NCBI GenBank assembly: GCA_040631425.1
Contig: JBEYJY010000009.1
Coordinates: forward strand, 129,802 to 161,801
Direction of reading: 5' to 3'
Length of the DNA stretch: 32,000 nt
From: Streptomyces sp. NPDC020096
GTDB taxonomy: Bacteria > Actinomycetota > Actinomycetes > Streptomycetales > Streptomycetaceae
How positions within the stretch are numbered: the stretch's first letter is position 1; every line of letters begins with the position of its first letter. The notes beneath the pieces were generated by a model. That model saw only the letters and a program-made list of their open reading frames with translations. It made no database searches and was not told where the DNA came from. Shown piece by piece: positions 8,577-16,972 of the stretch. The position numbers and the translations under genes are program-made.

Positions 8577-8960
8577 CTACTTGCAGTAGGGCACCGCGGC
8601 CAGGTTCTTGACGTAGCGCGCGCTCACATAGCCGGGCTTGTGCGCGCCGAGCAGGTACCACAGGTTGTTGCCGTCAACGTTCTGGCCAACCTTCTTGCAG
8701 TTCAGCGCGATCACCGTGCCGGGGCGGACCGAGCCGAGGAACTTCGAGTTGGCGGTGGGCTGTTCGCGGATCGACAGGTTGATTCTGGAGACCACCTTTC
8801 CCGTGGGCTCCGCGGCGCCGACGGCGGCCGGTGCCGGATGCGTCGAGCTGGTCGGCACCGTCGTGGCCACGGCCGACGAGGCGCCGGTCAGTGCCGCCGC
8901 GCCCGCCAGCATCGCGGCCACGCCCACCGCGGCGACGCGGCGTACGCCAGTTGTGTACAT
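8577..8960 (-). CDS. Secreted SH3b-domain protein, 127 aa
   Basis: N-terminal signal peptide (RRVAAVGVAAMLAGAAALTGASSAVA). The C-terminal block RINLSIREQPTANSKFLGSVRPGTVIALNCK..GNNLWYLLGAHKPGYVSARYV fits the bacterial SH3 pattern. GGGGGAG RBS lies before the ATG. Confidence 0.8.
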   Translation of the reverse strand: MYTTGVRRVAAVGVAAMLAGAAALTGASSAVATTVPTSSTHPAPAAVGAAEPTGKVVSRINLSIREQPTANSKFLGSVRPGTVIALNCKKVGQNVDGNNLWYLLGAHKPGYVSARYVKNLAAVPYCK

Positions 8961-8970
8961 GTTTCTCCCC

Positions 8971-9576
8971 CTACTTCACTGAATGAGAAGCCTTACCGGA
9001 TCGAGCCATAACGGCCTCTAGGTCCTGTATGACACACGACACTGCGGGAAGGTTGCGTACCCTCAAGCAGGGCAGTGGAATTGAGCCACGGGAGGATCCG
9101 GCGACGGCCCTCACACCCGCGATGGCCTCGGTGACGTAGAGGCGAAGCAGGGCCGTGAACTCTCGGAGCGGCGGTTCAGATCGCGAGATGGAAGCCCCGC
9201 ACCGACTCCGCCGTTGGCGTTCATCCCGTCGATGATGTTCAGAATCGGCGAGCTGTGCTGAATGCCCCAAGCGTTGCCGACCAGTGTCTGGCCGACCACG
9301 ACGGGGCGACCGGAACCCCTGATGAGGTCCTGGTCGAGACGCACGACACCGGCGCGCGCACGCTCCACGTCCAGGTCGAGAAGGCAGGGACGACCAAACT
9401 CCCAGTGGCGGTTCGTGAAGACCGCCCGCGGTGCCGACGGCGAGAAGGTCGAAAGCCACGCCTACCAGCTGATCCTGCAGTGCAATCCGGTCAGCGGGTG
9501 CCCCGGAACGTGAGAGGCCGACGCCCGCCATCGGTGCGCGGACTCGTCGACCGGAGCTTCTACAGCAGCACGTCAC
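8971..9576 (-). pseudogene. Probable decayed gene of unknown family, needing at least two frameshifts
   Basis: Protein-like stretches occur in different minus frames. Examples are RIALQDQLVGVAFDLLAVGTAGGLHEPPLG, then FTNRHWEFGRPCLLDLDVERARAGVVRLDQDLIRGSGRPVVVGQTLVGNAWGIQHSSPILNIIDGMNANGG, then REFTALLRLYVTEAIAGVRAV. No single frame gives a convincing protein. Confidence 0.3.
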
Positions 9577-9654
9577 CTTTCTGACGGGGGCTCACAGCGT
9601 TGTTCCCCGAAGCCGGTACATGTGGCGCTGGCGCTCGTCGTCTGCCAACGGGAT

Positions 9655-10212
9655 CTACTCCTCAGCGGTGGCGTCAGCGGTCGGCGACGGCCCGCCGAGT
9701 GGCGTAGGGCGAGCCCTCGCGATGGCGTGCCGCACCGGGTGACCTCGTACGAACTCAGCCGTGTATCCCGCGATCAAAGCATCAAGGGCAGCACGAACGC
9801 GCCGCCCTTGGATCTCGTTCGTGTGCCCGTCCAGTTCGTCCAGCGAGACGAACCGGGCAGCGGCCAACCGCCCCTGGTCCAGCGTGATCGTGGCCGCGTC
9901 GTGAACGAGCCCGCATTCGAAGACCAGATCCCACCCTGCGACCGCATACCCGTGTGGGGTCGCGGGTGCGTAGTCCATGAGCAGCACCCGGCCCGTAGGC
10001 ACCGCCAGCCCCAGGTCCGCGGAGATGGCGCGTCTCACCACCCCCCGTGGTTCCTCAACGGCACGAGCTGTGCACCCAGGCAAAATCCACTTGTCGTCCC
10101 TGGCGCCGACCGGCCTGACCAACAGGACGTCGGCACGCTTGTCGAGCATCAGCGCCAAGCATCCGAGGCGTCGGCGCGGATGCCGTATCCCGGCCGCCTC
10201 ACCGGAACTCAC
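9655..10212 (-). CDS. Nudix-fold protein with degenerate Nudix box
   Basis: The segment ADVLLVRPVGARDDKWILPGCTARAVEEPRGVVRRAISADLGL...VLLMDY...DLVFECG has the Nudix layout. The box reads G-x5-E-x7-RRAISADLG, so the REx2EE glutamates are missing. The start is GTG 10212 or ATG 10149. The 291-aa ORF extension up to 10530 looks non-coding. Confidence 0.55.
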   Translation of the reverse strand: MSSGEAAGIRHPRRRLGCLALMLDKRADVLLVRPVGARDDKWILPGCTARAVEEPRGVVRRAISADLGLAVPTGRVLLMDYAPATPHGYAVAGWDLVFECGLVHDAATITLDQGRLAAARFVSLDELDGHTNEIQGRRVRAALDALIAGYTAEFVRGHPVRHAIARARPTPLGGPSPTADATAEE

Positions 10213-10570
10213 CCAATCTGTCTGTGCTGACGAAGAGCCCGTCCCGGCTGACAGAGCAACATGGTCACTGCGTACCACCACGCAGACCTCCGAATATTCA
10301 GGTTGGTGCGGCCCTGACCCGAAGCAGCCGCCATGGGTTTGCGCCGACGATCCGGTGTGAAACCGCGAAACCGCTATGTGTTGTCCATCGCTCGTGCCGG
10401 TGGTCCGCCCCGTCCCTCTCCGGTCGACGGGGTTGAAGAGGGACGGGGCGGCCTTGCGGGGTCTGCCCGCCCCATTCGGGCAGACCGTGCCGCCCCCGGG
10501 GAAGAAGGACGGCGCTCTGGGACCGGACACCCGTGTAGCGGGAGCCGGAGACCGGGGGTCTGGACGTCGG

Positions 10571-11008
10571 TTATCTCATCCCCTGTCGAGGAGCACGGGG
10601 CGGCGCGACCGCGTCCTCGACGGCCGCGCGTAACGCCTGGACGTCGGTGATCAGTCGGCCGTCGGTGAGGCAGATCCGCCAGTGCGGCCCCGGCCTCTTG
10701 ACACGGTGCGGTGGCGGTACGACCAGATGCTGCGTCATACCGAGCGGGCGAGTTTCGGGGACGTCCCACCCGGCAGCCGAACCCTTGGGAACGAACCAGT
10801 AGAGAGCAGACTCGCCGGGGTCCTCGATCACAGCGCCGCTACAGGGCCCAAGAATTCTCAGCGCATCTATGCCGATGTTGAGGGGCACGCGGATGGCGTC
10901 CCAGTCGAGGCCGACAGCTAGCAAGCGGCAGTCCGCCACGGTCGGCAGGGCGGACGCTCTGGATTTGTCAAGACGCATGGGGCATCGACTCCTCGTCGTC
11001 GTTCTCAT
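10571..11008 (-). CDS. Hypothetical protein, 145 aa
   Basis: ORF with the conserved-looking core LLAVGLDWDAIRVPLNIGIDALRILGPCSGAVIEDPGESALYWFVPKGSAAGWDVPETRPLGMTQHLVVPPP. I have seen this kind of protein in actinomycete accessory regions but cannot name it. An alternative start lies at 10978. Confidence 0.5.
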   Translation of the reverse strand: MRTTTRSRCPMRLDKSRASALPTVADCRLLAVGLDWDAIRVPLNIGIDALRILGPCSGAVIEDPGESALYWFVPKGSAAGWDVPETRPLGMTQHLVVPPPHRVKRPGPHWRICLTDGRLITDVQALRAAVEDAVAPPRAPRQGMR

Positions 11009-12025
11009 TGCCGTGGAACTCGCCAGAGCCGCGCCACCCGTGATGGCCGGTCGCGGGCGAAACTCATCGCGATGCCGCTGTCGGTAGGGATGAGCCCACT
11101 GCGCTGCCGCACCGCGTGGCGACCACGTGCCTGCCTGCGTCGGACGAGGCGGCCATACTCGTCCCGTTGGACGACGCGCTCGATCCGACCGTGTCGGTGT
11201 ACGAGACCTTCGGCGGGGGCTCGTACAGCGGCGGGGCCGATGGGTTCACCTCCGTGCCCGCGCCGAGCGGGGAGCTGGCCGTGAGGTCTGCCGCCAGACG
11301 ACTGGCGGCGCCCGGACCGGTCTGGTCCGATGCCGCCGAGGCGCGTCCGGCGACTTCGGATGGGCTGTGGCGCGACGCGCCGACCGCTGCGAGGAGCAGC
11401 ACCGCGACGTCCACCGACACCTGGCCCGCGGTCTGGTCGTCAGTTGGAGCAGTCGTCCCACCACAGTCACCTCTCCTTCGCGGTCGCCGGGCCGCCTCGA
11501 CCGGGCGTCCATCAGATCGTCAGTGCTCGGGCCACCTCTCCGCAGCGGCAATCGGGGCGGTTCCGGGTGTAGTCGAGACGCACGAAAGTGCTCACACTCG
11601 TCGGCTGCCCCCGGCCAGGTACGCGCCTACGGTGGCCGTATGACTTAACCGGCCGACCAGGACACACCCGGTCAAGCTCGATCCCGGCAGCGAGGCTAAC
11701 GGCCCGCCGCCGCGGTCCGGACAGGCCCGCGGGAGACGCTCCGATCGCGGTGCGCATGCGGGGCGTGCGATGGTTCACTCACCAACGCTCAGAGCAAGTA
11801 CGACAGCTCCGCCACGGTCACCGGTCAGTTGATCGGCAAGCTGGTCAATCAGAGGTCGCGCGCCTGAGGGGAAGCCATGTGGCTTTGCGGCGCGCTGGAG
11901 GACACCGGCGATCTGTACCGGTCGGGCAGGCCGCACGAGTGCCGGTGGGCAGGTTCCCGCGGCGATACCAGAAAAATCTTTGCGTTCTTCCGTCATAGCC
12001 CCGTCCCGGACCCGTCTGTGTATGC

Positions 12026-13567
12026 GTGGACACGAACTTTGACGCACTGCCACAAGCTGAGAAGGATGCCGGCGCACGGAAGCCTGACGCGGCCATACCC
12101 AGGGGCCACCCCATCGGCGACGCGGATGGCCGATGCGGCACGAGCTCGGAGCCGAACGACGTGTCCGTGGCCGATGTCGGACTACGACTGCTGGGGATTG
12201 CCCTGCACATGATCCAGGACGCCGACGGCGGCGAGGGCACCAGGGTGCTGGAGCAGGTGGCCGCATATGTGGGCGCTACCGGCGTGGCCGGGTCCAGCCA
12301 GGCGGTCCGAGCCGCCTGGGCCATCGCGACCCAGAGGCTGAACGCCGGCTCAGCCGGTCCCGCGACCGCCGAGTACGGCGGTCACGATGACCCCGTGGGG
12401 CACTTGCTCTCCCTCGCCCTGCCCTCCGTTGCCAGCGGCTCCGGCGAAGTCAGCGGAGAACACCGGGCCGCCTCGGGCCACTTCGGCCCTCCGAGGGACG
12501 GCGGCCTGGTCAATGCCCGGACCGGGGCGTTCCGCGCGCTGGGGGCGGACCGGAGCGGGCACCTGGCGAGCGCCTCGGACGCCACCGCGCTCCCACCTCC
12601 CCCGCCGTTCGCACTCCCCCACCCGGACGAGGAGGGGCAACGCAACCCGCGGCGCGGCCCCGCCGCGCCAGCCCCCACTCCGCCATCCCCGGTCGTCGCG
12701 GCCGGTCCGATCAATCGGCGGCATGGTGCGTTGGCGTCCGCGCGCCTCGCGGAGCGCAGACCCCGGGTAGCGATCTGGTGTTTCGGCGGATTCCGGATGA
12801 CCATCGGTGACCGGGTGATCGACTGGCAGAAGGTGCGTCCCCGCGCCCGCGCCGCGATGAGGCTACTTACTGTGCGGGCGGGCCAGCCGGTGCACCGCGA
12901 GGCACTCATCGACGCACTCTGGCCGGAAGCGCCCCCCGAGTCGGCCACGGCCAATCTGCAGGTGGCCGTCTCCAGTCTGCGTGGTCTCCTGGAACCAGAC
13001 CGGGAACGCCGCAAGCCGCAGCTGGTGGTCCGGGCCGGCGACGCGTACTTGCTCAACCTGCCTGCCGACGCCTACCTCGACACTCTCGCTTTCGAGACCG
13101 CGCTGACCCACGGCCAGCGGGCCAAGGCGGCCGGGGACACCACAAGAACCGTGGGGGCCCTGCGGGACGCTCTCGCCGAGTACAGCGGGGAGTTACTGCC
13201 CGAGGACGGGCCCGCCGAGTGGCTGCAGCAGGACCGGGAGATGTACCGGCACCAGGCAGCCAGCGCCGCCGCGGAAGTCGCCGCCACGGAACTCGAGGTC
13301 GGCAAGCCAGAGGAGGCAGTGGGTGCAGCCGAGAAATGCCTGACCATCGACCCATTTCACGACACCGGTTGGCAACTGCTGCTGCGGGCGTACCGAAGCA
13401 TCGGCGCACCCGCCGCCGCCGAGCGCGCCCGGCGCCGGTACACCGCCATGCTCGCCTCACTCGGTATCGACACCGACGATCCGGCCCTCGGCCTCACCCC
13501 CACCCCGTCACCCGCCGTCCGGGCCAGAACCCCGAGGGACCGACCGCAGGCCAGCCGAACACACTAA
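12026..13567 (+). CDS. SARP-family transcriptional activator (OmpR-type winged helix + BTAD) with ~240-aa N-terminal extension
   Basis: From about residue 247 the sequence is VAIWCFGGFRMTIGDRVIDWQKVRPRARAAMRLLTVRAGQPVHREALIDALWPEAPPESATANLQVAVSSLRGLLEP, followed by a BTAD-like part (YLDTLAFE...ALAEYSGELLPEDGPAEWLQQDRE...KCLTIDPFHDTGWQLLLRAYRSIG). GC3 is high through the whole 513-aa frame. There is an in-frame TTA at 13193-13195. A shorter start at TTG 12731 is possible. Confidence 0.85.
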   Translation: MDTNFDALPQAEKDAGARKPDAAIPRGHPIGDADGRCGTSSEPNDVSVADVGLRLLGIALHMIQDADGGEGTRVLEQVAAYVGATGVAGSSQAVRAAWAIATQRLNAGSAGPATAEYGGHDDPVGHLLSLALPSVASGSGEVSGEHRAASGHFGPPRDGGLVNARTGAFRALGADRSGHLASASDATALPPPPPFALPHPDEEGQRNPRRGPAAPAPTPPSPVVAAGPINRRHGALASARLAERRPRVAIWCFGGFRMTIGDRVIDWQKVRPRARAAMRLLTVRAGQPVHREALIDALWPEAPPESATANLQVAVSSLRGLLEPDRERRKPQLVVRAGDAYLLNLPADAYLDTLAFETALTHGQRAKAAGDTTRTVGALRDALAEYSGELLPEDGPAEWLQQDREMYRHQAASAAAEVAATELEVGKPEEAVGAAEKCLTIDPFHDTGWQLLLRAYRSIGAPAAAERARRRYTAMLASLGIDTDDPALGLTPTPSPAVRARTPRDRPQASRTH

Positions 13568-14209
13568 GGGCCAACAGGCAGGCCCGACCCGGCCGACTGC
13601 TGGACAGTGGGCCACGCTGCCGCGGCCGGGCCTGCGCCCGTAGCGTCACACCCCGAGACAGGCTCGCCTGACTGTCGTGGCTCATCAGCGAGGTCCTGGG
13701 GAACCGCCCTGGAACACCGCCTCGGTCCACCGGCCGGGTGCCGGTGAGATGGGCCGTCGGCCACCCGCAGGCCCGGGTGGGTCAATGCGGCGCTGCGGCC
13801 CGCTCGCCGAGTTCATCGCCGAGCGCGCCCCTACGCCGCAGCGACCATAGCCTTGCCGATTGCCGCCCCCAGATACGGCGTTGGGCCCGGCGGAGGTGGT
13901 CACGCGAAGCGTGGCCTCGTCTCGGTGAGTCCAGCCGCCGGGTGAGGACGGACGCGGTTTGGCCGTCCCACGCGGAGGAGCCGTTGGCTGCGCGCCCACC
14001 GCGGCGGAGGCTACCCCCCTCGCGAAATCCGTCTCGAAGGCATCGACGAACCACAGGGCTTCACTGGCAGTCGGTGAAGACCCCAAGGTCGATACGGCCG
14101 CCCTTCGTCGTCTCGAAGAGCATGGTCCGGGGGTCCTTCAGGTGTACGTGCCGGTAGCCCCCCGTCGTAGCGGCGCGGTCAGGTTGGCGGGCATTCGTCC
14201 GCGCTGCCT

Positions 14210-14833
14210 TCAGAGCAGGCCGTGACGCATGGCATAGGCGACGGCATGGCACCGGTTGCGCAGTTGGAAGCGACTTTGAACGTCGTGGAGGACCTGCTTC
14301 ACCGTACGTGAGGAGTAGGCGACCTTGGCCGCGATCTCGGCGGTGTCGAACCCCTCGGCGACCAGCCGTAACACCTCGACCTCCCGTTCCGTGAGGTTGT
14401 TGAAGGTCAGGCCGCGCGGACCCAGCACCTGACGCTGCACGCGGCCGACCTGTCCCAGCAGTCTGCCCAACAGATCCGGTGGTACGGCCCCCTCCCCCGC
14501 CGCAGCGGACCGGACGACCGCGACAAGCCGTTCGGGGGTAGCCTCTGCGCGCCGGACCACCCCGACCACCCCCACTTCCACGACCGACACCAGGTCGGCC
14601 TCATCGATCTCGGTGGCGACCAGCACCAGTCGAGCCCCGCCCGACTGGGCGACCGAGCGCAGGACTTGGAGGGTTTGGTCGGTCACCGCACCGGTGACGA
14701 CCACGGCGACGCTCGCCTGGTCCCGCTCCGCGTCTGCGAGCACCAGCACCTCTGGCCGCGGCCTGAGCTCTCCCACCACTCCGACCTGTGAGATCGGATC
14801 GTCCGCGCGGATCCACACGGGAATGCGCTCCAT
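14210..14833 (-). CDS. LuxR-family atypical (orphan) response regulator, RedZ/DnrN-like architecture
   Basis: The C-terminal HTH is LTEREVEVLRLVAEGFDTAEIAAKVAYSSRTVKQVLHDVQSRFQLRNRCHAVAYAMRHG. The N-terminal receiver-like domain keeps the DD pair (IRADDP). It has VAVVVTGAV where the phospho-acceptor Asp is expected, and R in place of the conserved Lys. AAGGGGAG RBS is present. The TTA codon appears as plus-strand TAA at 14369-14371. Confidence 0.88.
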   Translation of the reverse strand: MERIPVWIRADDPISQVGVVGELRPRPEVLVLADAERDQASVAVVVTGAVTDQTLQVLRSVAQSGGARLVLVATEIDEADLVSVVEVGVVGVVRRAEATPERLVAVVRSAAAGEGAVPPDLLGRLLGQVGRVQRQVLGPRGLTFNNLTEREVEVLRLVAEGFDTAEIAAKVAYSSRTVKQVLHDVQSRFQLRNRCHAVAYAMRHGLL

Positions 14834-14970
14834 CCCTGCTCCCCTTCAGGCACATCGACGCCGCCGACCGTGCGGCGTCTCGCAAGACAAGAGTCCAGAT
14901 CGCACTGTCCGTCTACTCGACGTGGACTTAACACACGGTTGTGACGGCGGATCCCTTGGCAGCCCATCGC

Positions 14971-15010
14971 GCGCTGACCCGCCGCGGAGACGGGCGCTGA
15001 CCCGTCGCGG
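14971..15010. repeat. Direct repeat GCGCTGACCCG(C/T)CGCGG x2, period 23 bp
   Basis: Copies at 14971-14987 and 14994-15010 match at 16 of 17 positions. They lie between the LuxR gene start and the recognisable IS4 remnant. Confidence 0.85.
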
Positions 15011-15036
15011 CTCCCCGGGCGTGGCGGCCACGGCGT

Positions 15037-15330
15037 TAGCGGTTCCGGCCCCAGTCGCCGGCGCGCCTGGGAGATCGCGCGGGAGGTGGGAACCGTCCAT
15101 TCCTTCCGCCATGTGCCCATAAGTCGCAGGCCGCTGACGAGGAGGCGGACGACCTCCTCGTATGACTCACTGAAGAACAGGCACAGGGCCATGACGTAAT
15201 AAACAACCACACGTGCCGGCAGCAGACGGGACCTTTTCTCTGTCCGCCCCGTCTCGGTAAGCACCTCATCGACCAGATCCCGGTCCACCAGACGTGTGAG
15301 AACACCTACGCGGCATTGGCCTGCGGGGTC
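15037..15330 (-). mobile_element. IS4-family transposase N-terminal-domain remnant (catalytic DDE part missing)
   Basis: VGVLTRLVDRDLVDEVLTETGRTEKRSRLLPARVVVYYVMALCLFFSESYEEVVRLLVSGLRLMGTWRKEWTVPTSRAISQARRRLGPEPL matches the conserved N-terminal domain of IS4-type transposases. The rest of the 254-aa ORF has no transposase-like sequence and overlaps the LuxR gene. Confidence 0.65.
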
Positions 15331-15555
15331 GGGCCGTGTCGCCGTCCCTTTCAGACATCGAGACCTCCCGTACGGCCGCCCTTTTGGTCGTTCCGGGGCC
15401 ATGGAAACGCCTCGACAATTGCGGTGACAGCCGGGGCACCGCTCCACCTGTACCGCAGGAGGTGGGATCAGCTGCCTGCGGCTCTGCCCGCGCGAACCAG
15501 TATTTGCGCCTCAGAGAGCAGGGGCGGCCGACCACTCTTTCCTTCAGGAGTCCTT

Positions 15556-16284
15556 GTGCAGCTATCCCCCTCCCCTCTCTCCTCCCGGACAGTGCTTGTC
15601 ACAGGGGGGAATCGTGGAATCGGCCTCGCGATTTCCCAGCAGTTCCTCGACGATGGGTATCGCGTCGCTGTGACACATCGCGGAAGTGGTGGACCAGCAG
15701 GAGCATTCGGTGTCACCTGTGATGTCACGAACCCTAAGGATGTGGATCGCGCCTTCACCGCCGTCGAGGAAGCCATCGGGCCGGTTGAGATCCTTGTTCT
15801 GAATGCCGGGGTGACGAGCGACTCGCTTCTGATGCGGATGCGCGAAGACCAGTTCCACGGAGTCGTCGATACCAACCTGTATGGCGCCTGGCGCTGTGCG
15901 CGACGGGCGACGCCTCCGATGCTTCATGCGCGTTGGGGTCGAATGATCTTCATCTCGTCCGTATCCGCCACGTCGGGCACAGCTGGCCAGGCGAATTACG
16001 CGGCGAGCAAGTCAGCTCTCACTGGTCTTGCTCGGTCCATTACACGCGAGCTCGGTCCGCGGAACATCACGGCCAATGTCGTATCACCCGGGTGGATCGA
16101 CACCGACATGACAGCGGCACTGCCGCCGTCTCACCGGGCCGAAGTGATCAAGGGAATTCCCCTCGGTCGGGCCGGCACCACGGGAGACGTAGCCGGTGTG
16201 GTCACCTGGCTGGCCGGCGAGGCCGGAGCATACGTGTCCGGAGCGGTGATACCCGTCGACGGCGGCCTCGGGATGGGGTGCTGA
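15556..16284 (+). CDS. fabG: 3-oxoacyl-ACP reductase, FabG/MabA-type SDR, 242 aa
   Basis: GTG start with AGGAG 5 nt upstream. Motifs are VLVTGGNRGIG, NAG, SSVS...GQANYAASKSAL (Ser-Tyr-Lys) and IPVDGGLGMG. The longer ORF from 15316 is a non-coding-looking extension. Confidence 0.9.
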   Translation: MQLSPSPLSSRTVLVTGGNRGIGLAISQQFLDDGYRVAVTHRGSGGPAGAFGVTCDVTNPKDVDRAFTAVEEAIGPVEILVLNAGVTSDSLLMRMREDQFHGVVDTNLYGAWRCARRATPPMLHARWGRMIFISSVSATSGTAGQANYAASKSALTGLARSITRELGPRNITANVVSPGWIDTDMTAALPPSHRAEVIKGIPLGRAGTTGDVAGVVTWLAGEAGAYVSGAVIPVDGGLGMGC

Positions 16285-16285
16285 G

Positions 16286-16948
16286 GTGCCTGAACCGGAG
16301 GCGGGCGGCTTGCGCTTCGGCACTTCCACCCCCAGAAGGCGTCTGATCGTGGGGATGACGGGAGCGACGGGAGTAGAGATCGGCGTCAGGCTCCTTGCGG
16401 TGCTCCAAGGACGGCCGGACGTGGAGACACACCTGGTGATGACTAAGTGGGCGAGGGCCACTCTCCAAATTGAGAGTGACTATTCTCCGCGGGACGTCAT
16501 CAGCATGGCTGACCATCACTACGCACCAGCGGATCAGGCGGCGCCCATATCGAGCGGGTCCTTTTCCGTGGACGGTATGGCTATCGTTCCTTGCAGCATG
16601 AAGACCTTGGCGGGGATACGCGCTGGCTATGGAAGTGACCTTATCGGCCGTGCCGCCGATGTCACGCTGAAGGAGCGCCGCCAACTGGTGCTGGTGCCAC
16701 GGGAGACTCCACTCTCTCCCGTTCACCTAGAGAACATGCTGGAGCTGTCCCGGTTGGGCGTGACGATCCTGCCGCCGATGCCAGCTTTTTACAATCGGCC
16801 GAAGGGCATCTCGGACATCATTGATCACGCAGTTATGCGGATTCTTGACCAATTCGGCATCGATGCCGGAATCGGATCGCGGTGGAGCGGAGTCCCGCAC
16901 GCCGACGGGAACGGTTCCGAGACGCTGCATGGCGTCGTCCGTCGGTAA
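16286..16948 (+). CDS. ubiX: UbiX-family flavin prenyltransferase (prFMN synthase)
   Basis: Motifs are LIVGMTGATGVEIGVRLL, MAIVPCSMKTLAGIRAGYGSDLIGRAADVTLKERRQLVLVPRETPL and TILPPMPAFY. The GTG start is 1 nt after the fabG stop. The first ~18 aa may not be translated. Confidence 0.9.
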   Translation: MPEPEAGGLRFGTSTPRRRLIVGMTGATGVEIGVRLLAVLQGRPDVETHLVMTKWARATLQIESDYSPRDVISMADHHYAPADQAAPISSGSFSVDGMAIVPCSMKTLAGIRAGYGSDLIGRAADVTLKERRQLVLVPRETPLSPVHLENMLELSRLGVTILPPMPAFYNRPKGISDIIDHAVMRILDQFGIDAGIGSRWSGVPHADGNGSETLHGVVRR

Positions 16949-16972
16949 CGGCTACAAGGGGAGACAACTGGG

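Noticed and set aside
10213-10530. N-terminal ~105 codons of the 291-aa ORF containing the Nudix domain
   Set aside because: The Gly/Ser/Thr/Pro-rich sequence has no features. The Nudix fold begins near residue 120. The shorter GTG 10212 or ATG 10149 starts are preferred.
11064-11643. Overlapping plus (11116-11643) and minus (11064-11420) ORFs
   Set aside because: The two frames share wobble positions, so high GC3 supports neither uniquely. Neither translation has a recognisable domain or a convincing start or RBS. It is reported only as an ambiguity.
11775-11996. 73-aa minus-strand ORF (MTEERKDFSGIAAGT...) divergent from the SARP gene
   Set aside because: GC3 is roughly half, by hand count of its codons, far below the neighbouring genes. 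There is no clear RBS or motif. It may be a relic or a regulatory leader, but there is not enough support to call a CDS.
13568-14209. Several 60-140-aa ORFs between the SARP and LuxR genes, including a fragment ending ...GGYRHVHLKDPRTMLFETTKGGRIDLGVFTDCQ (14061-14209, minus)
   Set aside because: The fragment resembles the C-terminal strand of VOC/glyoxalase-fold proteins, but it is only ~45 aa, lacks a start and overlaps the LuxR 3' end. The other ORFs are low-complexity. The region is treated as non-coding or relic DNA.
15316-15555. 80-codon upstream extension of the fabG ORF
   Set aside because: Its sequence is not SDR-like and overlaps the IS4 remnant region. GTG 15556 with AGGAG upstream gives a normal-length FabG.
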